DNA of 64,000 nucleotides from Candidatus Omnitrophota bacterium. GTDB lineage: Bacteria > Omnitrophota > Gorgyraeia > Gygaellales > Profunditerraquicolaceae. The position numbers and the translations under genes are program-made. The first letter of the stretch is position 1. Each line of letters begins with the position of its first letter. Shown here one piece after another: positions 1 through 9,482 of this stretch. The notes under the pieces are model-generated. The model ran no database searches, was not told the origin of the DNA, and saw nothing but the letters and a program-made list of their open reading frames with translations. The DNA is taken from positions 2,535 through 66,534 of the forward strand of contig JBFMDA010000001.1 in NCBI GenBank assembly GCA_040754255.1, written 5' to 3'.

Positions 1-2
1 GT

Positions 3-803
3 GAAGATGCGCTCAATGAGCTTATGGCAGCGCAAGGCGGGTTTAATCATAACCTGCAGGGATTACGGGTAGTGGACCTCCTTGAGGAACGATACCCTGA
101 TTACCCCGGCCTGAACTTGAACTGGGAGGTAAGAGAAGGCATAGTCAAGCATTCATCCGCATTTGATAAGAGCCTCAAGCGCAAGGACCTAGCCCCCGAC
201 GAATTACCTACCCTTGAGACCCAGGTTGTCGATGTGGCAGACGAAATCGCCTACGACAATCACGATATTGACGACGGAATTACGTCGGGCTTACTGAAGG
301 AATCGGAACTGGCTGAAGTGCCGTTATGGGACAATATTTATAGGGAAATTTCCAAGAAATATGGTACAATGGAAGAGAATAAAAGAAAATACCTGATAAT
401 TCGCTCGCTCATTGATATGCAGGTAACCGATTTGATTGATACTTCACTTAAGAAGCTGCAAGCCCTGAAACCGGCAAACCATATGGAAGTAAAAAGGTTA
501 CGGGAGAAGATAATCACCTTCAGCCGCAAAGTGGAGGAGCAAAGGGTGCCTTTAAGGAAATTTCTGATTTCCAAATTATACCAACACTACCGAGTGGTAA
601 GGATGAGCGAAAAGGCAAAACATTTTATCGGGGAGTTGTTCGCTGTGTATATATCGAAACCAAAGGCTTTACCGTTTGCCGTCCAGAAGAGGATCGCTAT
701 CGACGGAAAAAAGAGGGCGGTCTGCGATTATATCGCCGGCATGACAGACAGGTACGCATTAGATGAGTACAAGAAATTATTTGACCCCTACGAGAAGGTA
801 TAA
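3..803 (+). CDS. dgt: dGTP triphosphohydrolase-like HD-domain phosphohydrolase, C-terminal portion (5' end outside window)
   Basis: Frame of ORF 24..803 stays open to the window edge. C-terminal region resembles Dgt/HD phosphohydrolase family (LNLNWEVREGIVKHS, DNHDIDDGI). Confidence 0.55.
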   Translation, partial: EDALNELMAAQGGFNHNLQGLRVVDLLEERYPDYPGLNLNWEVREGIVKHSSAFDKSLKRKDLAPDELPTLETQVVDVADEIAYDNHDIDDGITSGLLKESELAEVPLWDNIYREISKKYGTMEENKRKYLIIRSLIDMQVTDLIDTSLKKLQALKPANHMEVKRLREKIITFSRKVEEQRVPLRKFLISKLYQHYRVVRMSEKAKHFIGELFAVYISKPKALPFAVQKRIAIDGKKRAVCDYIAGMTDRYALDEYKKLFDPYEKV

Positions 804-1824
804 AAGGTTAATTTCGGCGATTCACAGCGTGTATCGACTGGTGAACTCGACGTTCGAATTGAAGGACCTCGTGATCCGCCTGGCGAGGCTGGTGTGCCAG
901 ATCCTTGACGCCAGGTATTGCGTCATCCTTATCCTTGACCCCACCAAGAAGTTTTCAAGCTTCCGGTGCATCGTAAGCGGCAGGACCAAGAAAGTCATCG
1001 ATAATAAACAAAAAATCACAAACGGGCTAGAGAAAAAGATTATAGACAGGCTTGTGACGGTTCGCAATCATCACCTGCTTGGGCTTCCCCTTATCTCCGA
1101 GGATGTAATGGGCTTAATTATTGTAAAAAGAGGGACACATCAGGCCGCATTTGACAACTACGACCAGGATACGCTAACCGCCATGCTTGAGCAGGTTATG
1201 ATAGGAATCAAGAATATGCAGCTATACGTAGAACAGCAAAAGATAGTGCTCGGCAGCCTGAAATCATTGGTTTCGCTCCTTGATAAGCGCGTACCCCAGG
1301 AATATACGCATTCGTCGTATTTCAGCAAGCTGGTTACCATGATATCACACCAGATGAATATTGACCAGAAACAGGCTGAGAGCATCGAATATGCCAGCCT
1401 TCTCCATGATGCAGGAAAGGTCGACATCCCGCTTGAGATACTTACCAAGACGTCAAAGCTCACGCCCCAGGAATTCCGTATTATTAAAACGCACCCGATA
1501 AAGGGGGTCCAGATATTACGGCCCCTGCAGGTTCTAAAACCGGCAATACCCATTATCATGCATCATCACGAAAAGTTTGACGGGACAGGGTACCCGTCGA
1601 AACTGAAAAAAGGGCAGATTCCCCTCGGCGCCAGGATAATGGCGGTTGCCGATGCGTTCGAGGCGATGGTATACGGCAGGCCGTATCGGGAAAGGATGAA
1701 TATCGATAAGGCGATCAACGAAATACGAAAGAAAAGCGGTACCCAGTTCGACCCCCGCGTAGTTGAAGCATTCATGAAAATTTCTAAAAAGGTCGCAAAA
1801 AAATACTTGCAACTGAGGAAATAG
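763..1824 (+). CDS. GAF-domain HD-GYP phosphodiesterase (cyclic-di-GMP signalling)
   Basis: HDAGK and HHHEKFDGTGYP motifs (HD-GYP) with a GAF-like N-terminal half. The first ATG overlaps the upstream gene by 41 nt, so the start is uncertain. Confidence 0.7.
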   Translation: MSTRNYLTPTRRYKRLISAIHSVYRLVNSTFELKDLVIRLARLVCQILDARYCVILILDPTKKFSSFRCIVSGRTKKVIDNKQKITNGLEKKIIDRLVTVRNHHLLGLPLISEDVMGLIIVKRGTHQAAFDNYDQDTLTAMLEQVMIGIKNMQLYVEQQKIVLGSLKSLVSLLDKRVPQEYTHSSYFSKLVTMISHQMNIDQKQAESIEYASLLHDAGKVDIPLEILTKTSKLTPQEFRIIKTHPIKGVQILRPLQVLKPAIPIIMHHHEKFDGTGYPSKLKKGQIPLGARIMAVADAFEAMVYGRPYRERMNIDKAINEIRKKSGTQFDPRVVEAFMKISKKVAKKYLQLRK

Positions 1825-1845
1825 GCAGTATATAATACGCAGAAT

Positions 1846-2397
1846 ATGAATAAGCCTAATAATTCGCAACTCGAATTGTTTTTAGGGACAGGTGATCCCG
1901 CAGCACCGGTTAAGAGGCAGGAGCAAAACCGCGCCCTTCTTTTCTTGAGGGACCACGAAAAATCGATACTCGTTATTATCGGGTTTTTAACAACCGCGAC
2001 ACTGGCGTATTGCATCGGAATTGAAAGAGGCAAAAAGACGGCGCGGGTATACCAAACCACATTCATTGACGTGGCATCTAAGCCTCAAGATGCGCGGCCA
2101 GTTAAAGAAGAGGTGGGCGCCGTTTCATCCGTGAAGCCGGCTTTCGTAAACGACCCTGTGCTGAAAACAAATCCTACCCTAGATACATACACGATACAGG
2201 TAGCTACGTTTCAAACAAAAAAACACGCAGAGAGGGCAGCAGTATCGTTAAAAAGCAGGGGCCATTCACCGATAATCTTATCCAGGGGAAAATACAGCAT
2301 CGTATGCGTAGGCAATTTCCACAACAAAGAAAAAGCGCGGTCGCTTTTAAGCGAGCTTAAAAAAACATACCGCGACTGTTACATCAGGAGGTTGTAA
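1846..2397 (+). CDS. SPOR-domain membrane protein (peptidoglycan-binding)
   Basis: N-terminal TM helix. C-terminal SPOR-like block YTIQVATFQTKKHAERAAVSLKSRGHSPIILSRGKYSIVCVGNF. Confidence 0.6.
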   Translation: MNKPNNSQLELFLGTGDPAAPVKRQEQNRALLFLRDHEKSILVIIGFLTTATLAYCIGIERGKKTARVYQTTFIDVASKPQDARPVKEEVGAVSSVKPAFVNDPVLKTNPTLDTYTIQVATFQTKKHAERAAVSLKSRGHSPIILSRGKYSIVCVGNFHNKEKARSLLSELKKTYRDCYIRRL

Positions 2398-2402
2398 AAC
2401 AC

Positions 2403-2702
2403 ATGTCAATACATCCATCATTGAGTGCGGCGGACAAATCAAAAAAACAGAGGTCGGTATTAAAACGCATTGAGCGTCTTAAAATGATGAGCGAAAAGAA
2501 CGAGTGGTCTGAAAAAGACGATGTCTACGGCCTCCCGAAGATAAAAACAGTGCGTATCAAGATCAAAAAGGAAAAAGCAGAGAAAGCCGAAACTACCGCT
2601 GCTGCTGAAGGTGCCGCTACTTCCACACCTGCTGCCAAAGAGCAGGCTCCCGCTAAAGGAAAAGAACAGGCGGGTGCAAAAAGCCAGGAAAAAGGTAAAT
2701 AA
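2403..2702 (+). CDS. small basic hypothetical protein with Ala/Lys-rich low-complexity tail
   Basis: ORF tightly spaced between SPOR and SH3 genes on the same strand. No recognisable domain. Confidence 0.3.
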   Translation: MSIHPSLSAADKSKKQRSVLKRIERLKMMSEKNEWSEKDDVYGLPKIKTVRIKIKKEKAEKAETTAAAEGAATSTPAAKEQAPAKGKEQAGAKSQEKGK

Positions 2703-2708
2703 CCTCGT

Positions 2709-3494
2709 ATGCCACTTAGGTCCTTTGCCATTACTGCTGCGTTCATTTTTCTCTGTGGCTTTGGTATATGTGCTGCCGAGGATTTTGTTCCGTTCAGAGG
2801 GACTGTAACTTCCGACGGAATACACATACGTTCCGATTCTACGGTAACTGCTCCTGTTATCTGTGATGTCGGCAAAGGAGATTCGCTTGACGTGCTCGCT
2901 CAGCTGTATGAATGGTATAGAGTCAGGCTACCCCGCAGTGCCCCTTCGTTTATCCGTAAAGACCTCGTTACAAAAGAAACAGGCTCTGTGGCAACAATAA
3001 TCAAAGAGAGGGTAAATGTCAGGTTGGAGCCTAACGAATCTTCTCCTATAATCGGCCGGGCAGTAAAAGGGGAGGAAATCAATATAGTGGCAGATGCGCA
3101 AGGCTGGTATAAGATCGAACCGGTCGCTAAATCCTCAGGCTGGATACATAGGCGATTCGTGCAAAAAGCTATTCAACCGGCACCCGCAGAGGCGGTACCG
3201 CTGACGCAACGCGAGGCGAAAGAAACGCACAAAGAACCTTCCCGCACCCCCGAAGAGGCCGGCGGGCGCAGCTTTTCTGTCGAGGGCATAGTAAGGCCGC
3301 AAGGAATATTTTTTAACAGAAAGGCGACGCACAAAATCGTTGATAGTTCAGGGAATGAATATCTTTTGCGCTGCGATAAACAAACCCTAAACCAGTTCAA
3401 TAATTATCGTGTTAGGTTATCCGGGACATTGCGCACGTTACCCGGCTACACGCACCCTCTCATCGAAGTAAAGAAAATAGAATATCTGGAATGA
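2709..3494 (+). CDS. secreted bacterial SH3 (SH3b) domain protein
   Basis: Signal peptide. Two SH3b-like repeats (EWYRV, GWYKI motifs). Confidence 0.55.
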   Translation: MPLRSFAITAAFIFLCGFGICAAEDFVPFRGTVTSDGIHIRSDSTVTAPVICDVGKGDSLDVLAQLYEWYRVRLPRSAPSFIRKDLVTKETGSVATIIKERVNVRLEPNESSPIIGRAVKGEEINIVADAQGWYKIEPVAKSSGWIHRRFVQKAIQPAPAEAVPLTQREAKETHKEPSRTPEEAGGRSFSVEGIVRPQGIFFNRKATHKIVDSSGNEYLLRCDKQTLNQFNNYRVRLSGTLRTLPGYTHPLIEVKKIEYLE

Positions 3495-4108
3495 ACATCC
3501 CCTATTTTATCGTATTATTTGGCCTTCTGATGATTGCGATGAGCGTGCATGAGTTTGCGCACGGATGGGTCGCGTACCGATTAGGAGACACTACTGCTAA
3601 ATACCTCGGTAGGCTTACCCTAAACCCGCTTGCGCATATCGATCCGGTAGGGACCGTGCTTCTGCCGCTTATGCTGCTTATTGCAACCAATGGACAGTTC
3701 GTGTTCGGAGCGGCAAAGCCAGTGCCTATCAATTACCTTGCCTTACGTAACCCAAAACGGGATATGGTGCTCATCGGTTTGAGCGGCCCGTTATCCAATC
3801 TGCTTTTTGCAGTTGCCTCTTCGGTGCTCCTTAGGTTCTTGCCTTCTCATAGCGGATTAGGCCTCATTCTGTATAATCTTATTTTCATCAATGTGGTGCT
3901 GGGGATATTCAACCTTGTACCCATACCCCCGCTTGACGGCTCAAGAATTCTTGCCGGCATCCTGCCCCGCGACCTTTCTGAGTTCTATTCACGCTTAGAG
4001 CCATACGGCTTCTTTATTATCATTATTCTCCTTTGGCTGGGTGTTTTTGATGTGTTTGTCTGGCCTATAATCAGGCTTATCGCCTCATTGCTGGCAAATC
4101 CATTTTAG
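3491..4108 (+). CDS. site-2 protease family zinc metalloprotease (peptidase M50)
   Basis: HEFAHGWVAYRLGD (HExxH) in the first TM helix and a multi-TM topology typical of small M50 proteases. Confidence 0.7.
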   Translation: MNIPYFIVLFGLLMIAMSVHEFAHGWVAYRLGDTTAKYLGRLTLNPLAHIDPVGTVLLPLMLLIATNGQFVFGAAKPVPINYLALRNPKRDMVLIGLSGPLSNLLFAVASSVLLRFLPSHSGLGLILYNLIFINVVLGIFNLVPIPPLDGSRILAGILPRDLSEFYSRLEPYGFFIIIILLWLGVFDVFVWPIIRLIASLLANPF

Positions 4109-4112
4109 GATA

Positions 4113-5204
4113 ATGAACAAACTTATTGTCAGGCTAAAGCGTAACTCCTATTCGATTCTTATCGGAAACGGTAATCTAGCCTCTCTCGGATCGCTGCTTA
4201 TTAAAACAAAGCTAGGTAATCACGCCTTCATAATTACCACCCCATTTATTAAGAGAAAATACGGGCCACGGCTTGAAAAATCGCTTAATCAAGAACGCCT
4301 CTGTTATACCTGGTGCGGTGTCCCTGATACCGAATCGAGCAAGTCGTTAAGGATCGCTTCTTCGGTGATCAAGAAGCTTGCAGGCGTAGCGTCAAAGAAA
4401 CGGGTTTGTATCATAGCCTTCGGCGGCGGGGTCGTCGGGGACCTTGCGGGGTTTATCGCTTCTGTCTATAGGCGAGGCATACCGTACATCCAGGTTCCTA
4501 CCACGTTTCTTGCGCAGATCGATTCCAGCATCGGAGGAAAGACTGCCCTTGACTTAGAGGAGGCCAAAAATCTTATAGGGAGTTTTTATCAACCCGGATT
4601 AGTAGTTACAGATATCTCGCTGCTTCAAAGCCTGCCGTTAGCCCAGGTAAAGAACGGCTTGTCAGAGGCAATAAAATACGGTCTTATCCGGGATAAGGGC
4701 TTATTCTCCTATATTGAGAAAAATTATCGGTTACTGCTCGGGAAGAACAAAGCAGCGCTTAGGCGTGTAATTTACCGGTGCGCGGCGATAAAATCGTCTA
4801 TTGTGGGGAATGACGAAAAGGAAACAAAGGGCTTAAGGACCATACTTAATTTCGGCCATACCATCGGCCATGCTGTTGAAGCAGCGAGCAGGTATTCGCG
4901 CATCAGCCATGGCCAGGCAGTCGCCTTGGGGATGTTAGCGGCAATTGCGATTAGCCGGGAATTAGGGTACATAGATGATTCTTTGCCCGGTCGTATAACC
5001 AGGCTGTTTAAGAAGGTAGGGCTGCCGCAAAAGGCCTCCGGGGTCGGCTTTAACGCGATTATCGCTGCCTATCGCCATGATAAAAAATTCACCGGCCTTG
5101 AGAATAAATTTGTCTTATTGAAGGGGATAGGTAGGCCGATAATCGTACGAAACGTTAATCCCGCGGTAGTAAGGCGGGCGATCCGGTCAATACTGAAGCC
5201 TTAA
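4113..5204 (+). CDS. aroB: 3-dehydroquinate synthase
   Basis: GGGVVGDLAGF nucleotide-binding motif and H..GHAVE metal site. Length 363 aa. Confidence 0.85.
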   Translation: MNKLIVRLKRNSYSILIGNGNLASLGSLLIKTKLGNHAFIITTPFIKRKYGPRLEKSLNQERLCYTWCGVPDTESSKSLRIASSVIKKLAGVASKKRVCIIAFGGGVVGDLAGFIASVYRRGIPYIQVPTTFLAQIDSSIGGKTALDLEEAKNLIGSFYQPGLVVTDISLLQSLPLAQVKNGLSEAIKYGLIRDKGLFSYIEKNYRLLLGKNKAALRRVIYRCAAIKSSIVGNDEKETKGLRTILNFGHTIGHAVEAASRYSRISHGQAVALGMLAAIAISRELGYIDDSLPGRITRLFKKVGLPQKASGVGFNAIIAAYRHDKKFTGLENKFVLLKGIGRPIIVRNVNPAVVRRAIRSILKP

Positions 5205-5696
5205 TTAACGGCGGTTGGTGAGTACAACAGGGCCTTCCGGAGTGCTTAACTCTACTGAATCCACAGTGATTTTTTCTACTGTTGCGCCATCCACTCTTTC
5301 TCTCAACCTCACAATTTGATTGTTCACAAGGGCATAGTTGTCATTCCCGGAAGAAAATATCCCGTTTAAGACGTATTGCTCTCTGGGCTCAACCTGCGGC
5401 AAGGTTTCGTTTTCTACTACCGCAGGTGCCGGGGTGGAAGGGGCGGGCGTTTCAGCCGTAGCAGGATCAGCAGGTAAAGGCTGCGTAGTTTCTACGGCGG
5501 GCAGCGTAATCGGTAGCGGAGGGAAAAGGTAATCAAACCCTTTTTTGGCAATAAACATTCCCACGATCGCAAGGATTATATATACGGCAATCGGTTTATT
5601 GTGTGCCTTTTGAACAATAAAGGATGAGCCGGGCTGTCCTTTATGTTGTGCAGGATGTGTACCTAGTTTTTTTAACGCTTCGTAGATAATACTCAT
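5205..5696 (-). CDS. GspB/ExeB-like protein (partner of ExeA ATPase)
   Basis: Likely start MSIIYEALKK matches the GspB N-terminal motif. TM helix then Pro-rich region. Overlaps upstream ExeA-like gene by 4 nt. ORF-track start at 5738 is probably too long. Confidence 0.5.
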   Translation of the reverse strand: MSIIYEALKKLGTHPAQHKGQPGSSFIVQKAHNKPIAVYIILAIVGMFIAKKGFDYLFPPLPITLPAVETTQPLPADPATAETPAPSTPAPAVVENETLPQVEPREQYVLNGIFSSGNDNYALVNNQIVRLRERVDGATVEKITVDSVELSTPEGPVVLTNRR

Positions 5697-6517
5697 AGGA
5701 TAGTCGGCTGCAGGGAGGTTTCGAGTTCCGCGATACATTTTTTGACAAGGCTTGCGTCAATCGCCCTTACCTCCGCGACGAACCCCGCCAAAAGCGAACG
5801 GTCGCAAATAATATTGATCAGGCGCGGCGTGCCTTTCGAAAAATCGGCAATCAATTCGATCGCATCATCCTTGAATACGACGCTATCATCGGCGCCGGCG
5901 ACTTTTAGCCGGTGGCCGATGTATTCTGCAAGTTCCTTTTTTTCTATGGGCGTTATGTGGTAGCGTACCATTATTCTTTGTTGCAGCTGCCGTAATTCAT
6001 AGAGGCTTAATTTACGGTTCAGTTCAGGCTGGCCGACCAGTATTATTTGGATGAGCTTATCCTTTTCGGTCTCAAGGTTAGAAAGCAGGCGGACCTGTTC
6101 GAGTTGATGAGGTTTTAAATTCTGGGCTTCATCAATAATAAGCACCACGTTATTCCCGGCCTTGGCTTCCTCAATCAAGAACCTGTTTAGCTCCCAGATA
6201 AAACCCAGCCTGGTTTTATTCTTGATTTGCACTCCAAAATCCCTGACAATCGCCTCAAGCAGCTGAAGTTCGGAAAAGTTCGGGTTTAATATAAAAGCAG
6301 TTTTTACATTTTTCCCCAGTTGATCAAGGAAAAACCTGCACAGCGTAGTCTTGCCGGTGCCGATTTCCCCGGTTATGACCATTATTCCTTTGCGTTGGTT
6401 CACCCCGTAGAGCAGGTGAGAGAGCGCTTCTTTATGCTGATGGCTCATAAAGAAGAAGGTAGGATCCGCAGTGACATTGAAAGGCATTTCCTTGAGTCCG
6501 TAAAATTCACAATACAT
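5693..6517 (-). CDS. ExeA/GspA-family AAA ATPase
   Basis: MYCEFYGL...PFNVTADP...VITGEIGTGKTTLCR Walker A and IIDEAQNL Walker B. Paralogous to the ATPase at 43997..45001. Start taken at the internal Met (ORF track gives 6568). Confidence 0.7.
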   Translation of the reverse strand: MYCEFYGLKEMPFNVTADPTFFFMSHQHKEALSHLLYGVNQRKGIMVITGEIGTGKTTLCRFFLDQLGKNVKTAFILNPNFSELQLLEAIVRDFGVQIKNKTRLGFIWELNRFLIEEAKAGNNVVLIIDEAQNLKPHQLEQVRLLSNLETEKDKLIQIILVGQPELNRKLSLYELRQLQQRIMVRYHITPIEKKELAEYIGHRLKVAGADDSVVFKDDAIELIADFSKGTPRLINIICDRSLLAGFVAEVRAIDASLVKKCIAELETSLQPTIL

Positions 6518-6601
6518 CGTTTCCTCTGTTTTCCCTATTATAACAGAAAAAAATATTTTGTAAAGCACCAGCTTGAGTATTTCTATTTCTGAAAATAACT
6601 G

Positions 6602-6630
6602 TTGACAAAATTCTAATAATAGTATAAAAT
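6602..6630 (+). promoter_or_regulatory. sigma70-like promoter (TTGACA-17-TAAAAT) upstream of guaB-like/guaA operon
   Basis: Perfect -35 hexamer at 6602..6607 and an AT-rich -10 at 6625..6630 with 17-nt spacing, about 80 nt upstream of the ATG. Confidence 0.4.
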
Positions 6631-6707
6631 TTCAAATATTCCCTAAAAATTTTGATAGATTCATTTATAACTTGTTGAAATACAATAATTTACGATAAGG
6701 AGATAAA

Positions 6708-7868
6708 ATGGGAGAATGGATTGGGATGGGTAGGAGAGCCCGCAGGTGTTACGGATTTGACGAGATAGCCCTTGTGCCGGGCAACCAGACCATAAATCCT
6801 GCAGAGGTTGATACCTCTTTTGAGCTCGGAAAGAGAAAATTCAGGGTGCCGATACTGGCTGCTGCGATGGACGGAGTGGTAGACGTAACGTTCGCAGTAA
6901 CAATGTCTAAGCTCAATGGCCTTGCGGTAATCAACCTTGACGGAGTGCAAACCCGCTACGATAACCCGGAATCTGTCTTGGAAAAAATCGCATCGGCAAC
7001 CCCCCAGGAAGCTACCGAGCTCATCCAGGAAATCTACACCAAGCCAATCAAGGAAAAACTTATTGCGACAAGAGTCGCGCAGATCAAGCGTAGAGGCGGT
7101 ATCGCTGCAGTAAGCTGTATCCCTTCCCATGCAGAGCGTTTCGCAAAAATCGCAGTCGCGGCAGGCGCAGACTACTTTGTGGTACAGTCCACGGTCACTT
7201 CCACCAAGCATATCGCAAAAGAATACAAAAGCCTAGATTTATACGCCTTCTGTCAAAAGATGAAAATACCCGTCGTCATAGGCAATTGCGTTACCTACGG
7301 AACGACCCTTGACCTTATGTCAACGGGCGTTGCAGGCCTGCTTATCGGGATAGGCCCAGGCGCTGCCTGCACTACAAGGGGGGTGTTAGGAATCGGGGTA
7401 CCCCAGGTAACCGCAACCGTTGACGCGGCTGCTGCGCGTGATTTTTATTTTAAGAGGACCGGCAGGTACATCACTATCATTACTGACGGCGGCATGAACA
7501 GGGGCGGAGATATCTGTAAGGCATTTGCCAGCGGAGCCGATGCGGTAATGATAGGTTCCAGCTTTGCCAGGGCTAAAGAAGCCCCTGGCGGCGGCTACCA
7601 TTGGGGCATGGCGACTTCAAATGTCAATTTGCCCAGAGGGACGCGTATTTATGTCGGGACTACCGGAAGCTTGAAAGAAATCCTTTTGGGCCCTGCCAGG
7701 GTCGATGACGGCTCGCAAAATTTGATGGGTGCCCTAAAAACCTCTATGGGTTCTTTGGGGGCCGCAAATATAAAAGAGATGCACGACGTAGAGATTATCA
7801 TTGCGCCTTCGATACAGACCGAGGGCAAAATCTTTCAGGTCGGCCAGAGAGTGGGGATGGGCAAATGA
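6708..7868 (+). CDS. IMP dehydrogenase family protein (short form lacking CBS pair)
   Basis: IMPDH/GMPR TIM-barrel N-terminus (FDEIALVPG...PILAAAMDGV). 386 aa, immediately upstream of guaA. Confidence 0.7.
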   Translation: MGEWIGMGRRARRCYGFDEIALVPGNQTINPAEVDTSFELGKRKFRVPILAAAMDGVVDVTFAVTMSKLNGLAVINLDGVQTRYDNPESVLEKIASATPQEATELIQEIYTKPIKEKLIATRVAQIKRRGGIAAVSCIPSHAERFAKIAVAAGADYFVVQSTVTSTKHIAKEYKSLDLYAFCQKMKIPVVIGNCVTYGTTLDLMSTGVAGLLIGIGPGAACTTRGVLGIGVPQVTATVDAAAARDFYFKRTGRYITIITDGGMNRGGDICKAFASGADAVMIGSSFARAKEAPGGGYHWGMATSNVNLPRGTRIYVGTTGSLKEILLGPARVDDGSQNLMGALKTSMGSLGAANIKEMHDVEIIIAPSIQTEGKIFQVGQRVGMGK

Positions 7869-9406
7869 AGCAGGAAATAATACTAATCCTTGATTTTGGG
7901 TCGCAGTATACACAGCTTATTGCACGACGTATCAGGGAGCACAAGATCTTTTCAAAGATCGTACCTTACAATATTACTGCCAAAGAGATACACGAACTTT
8001 CGCCCAAGGGGTTGATCCTTTCCGGCGGCCCTTCTTCGGTAGTCGATAAAAAAAGCCCTTTGCCCGATGCGCGCATTTTCAAACTCGGCATTCCGGTGCT
8101 GGGTATTTGTTACGGGATGCAGGCGATTGCGCAGCTCTTGGGCGGAAGGACTAAGCATACCAAAGAAAGGGAGTACGGAAGAGCAGAAATTTTTATCGAT
8201 GATAACCGTACGCTTTTCAGTTCGCTTCCGGGAAATTTTACCTGCTGGGCAAGCCACGGCGATTATGTGACCAAGGTCCCGCCGGGCTTTAACATTATTG
8301 CCCATACCTTAAATTCGCCTATCGCGGCAATGGGGCACCGTGCCCGCAAAATTTACGGTGTTCAGTTCCATCCGGAAGTCACCCATACCGAAAAAGGCAA
8401 TCAAATCCTGAGCAATTTCCTGCTTAAGGTGTGCAGTTGCTCTGGCCGCTGGAACATGCATTCCTTCATCAAGCAGACAGTGGAAGAAATACGAAAGACC
8501 GTAGGCACACATAAGGTGGTGCTTGGTTTAAGCGGCGGCGTCGATTCGTCGGTAACCGCCCTTTTGCTGCACAGGGCCATCAAGCGGAATTCCCGCTGCA
8601 TTTTCATTAATAACGGCTTGCTAAGGAAAGACGAACCCGACCAGATTAAGAAAGTATTCCGCAGCAACTTCAAGCTCAACCTGGACTATGTAGAGGCAAG
8701 CAAACGGTTCCTTATCCGCCTTAAAGGGGTGGTTGAGCCTGAAGAAAAACGAAAAATAATCGGCAACGAATTCGTCAAGATTTTTGAATCAGAGGCAAAG
8801 AAGCTAAGGGGGGTCAGATTTCTTGCGCAAGGCACGCTTTACCCCGATGTCATTGAGTCGCTTTCTCCGATAGGTTCGCCTTCAAGCAAGATTAAAAGCC
8901 ATCACAACGTCGGCGGCCTTCCCGAACATATGAAACTAAAATTAATTGAGCCATTGCGGGAGCTGTTTAAAGATGAAGTCCGCCAGATCGGCAGGGAGCT
9001 GGGTTTACCGGATGCCATTTTATATCGCCAGCCGTTTCCAGGCCCGGGCCTTGCCATCCGGATAATCGGCGAAATAACCCCTGAACGCCTCAATATCTTA
9101 AGAGAGGTTGACTTCAGGGTGATGGAGGAAATTCAAAAAGAAAACCTGTCCAGGCAGATATGGCAGTCCTTTGCGATTCTCCTGCCCATTAAGAGCGTGG
9201 GTGTAATGGGCGATGAACGGACATACGAAAACGTAGTCGCTATCCGCTGCGTTTCCAGCGTTGACGGGATGACTGCCGACTGGTTCAAGCTGCCTCCGGA
9301 ACTCCTGGAAAGGCTCTCGCACAGGATTATCAACGAGGTCAAAGGCGTCAACCGCGTTGTCTACGATATCACCTCAAAGCCTCCAGCGACAATAGAGTGG
9401 GAATAG
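7865..9406 (+). CDS. guaA: GMP synthase (glutamine-hydrolysing)
   Basis: N-terminal class-I glutamine amidotransferase (ILILDFGSQYTQLIARR). ATP-PPase SGGVDSSV P-loop. C-terminal dimerisation domain ending IEWE. Confidence 0.9.
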   Translation: MKQEIILILDFGSQYTQLIARRIREHKIFSKIVPYNITAKEIHELSPKGLILSGGPSSVVDKKSPLPDARIFKLGIPVLGICYGMQAIAQLLGGRTKHTKEREYGRAEIFIDDNRTLFSSLPGNFTCWASHGDYVTKVPPGFNIIAHTLNSPIAAMGHRARKIYGVQFHPEVTHTEKGNQILSNFLLKVCSCSGRWNMHSFIKQTVEEIRKTVGTHKVVLGLSGGVDSSVTALLLHRAIKRNSRCIFINNGLLRKDEPDQIKKVFRSNFKLNLDYVEASKRFLIRLKGVVEPEEKRKIIGNEFVKIFESEAKKLRGVRFLAQGTLYPDVIESLSPIGSPSSKIKSHHNVGGLPEHMKLKLIEPLRELFKDEVRQIGRELGLPDAILYRQPFPGPGLAIRIIGEITPERLNILREVDFRVMEEIQKENLSRQIWQSFAILLPIKSVGVMGDERTYENVVAIRCVSSVDGMTADWFKLPPELLERLSHRIINEVKGVNRVVYDITSKPPATIEWE

Positions 9407-9408
9407 AT

Positions 9409-9465
9409 TACTACGCAATTCTTTAGATGGGCTTATAGTCAATAGTCCATAGCCGATAGTTTACA
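9409..9465. repeat. family-B heptamer tandem repeat (TATAGTC/AATAGTC/CATAGCC/GATAGTT) plus one TACGCAA unit
   Basis: Direct reading of the intergenic sequence between guaA and dnaE. Confidence 0.6.
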
Positions 9466-9482
9466 TTATCTCGTTTTAGGCC

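Noticed and set aside
1-803. dGTPase-like HD gene next to an HD-GYP gene as a possible nucleotide-depletion defence pair
   Set aside because: Only the C-terminal part of the first gene is visible. The Dgt family is predominantly housekeeping and HD-GYP is a c-di-GMP phosphodiesterase. There is no toxin, sensor or mobile context, so a defence role is not supported.
2460-2875. Minus-strand ORFs (121 and 116 aa) overlapping the small basic gene and the SH3 gene start
   Set aside because: They overlap co-oriented plus-strand genes and encode low-complexity Ser/Phe/Leu-rich sequence. They were judged non-coding.
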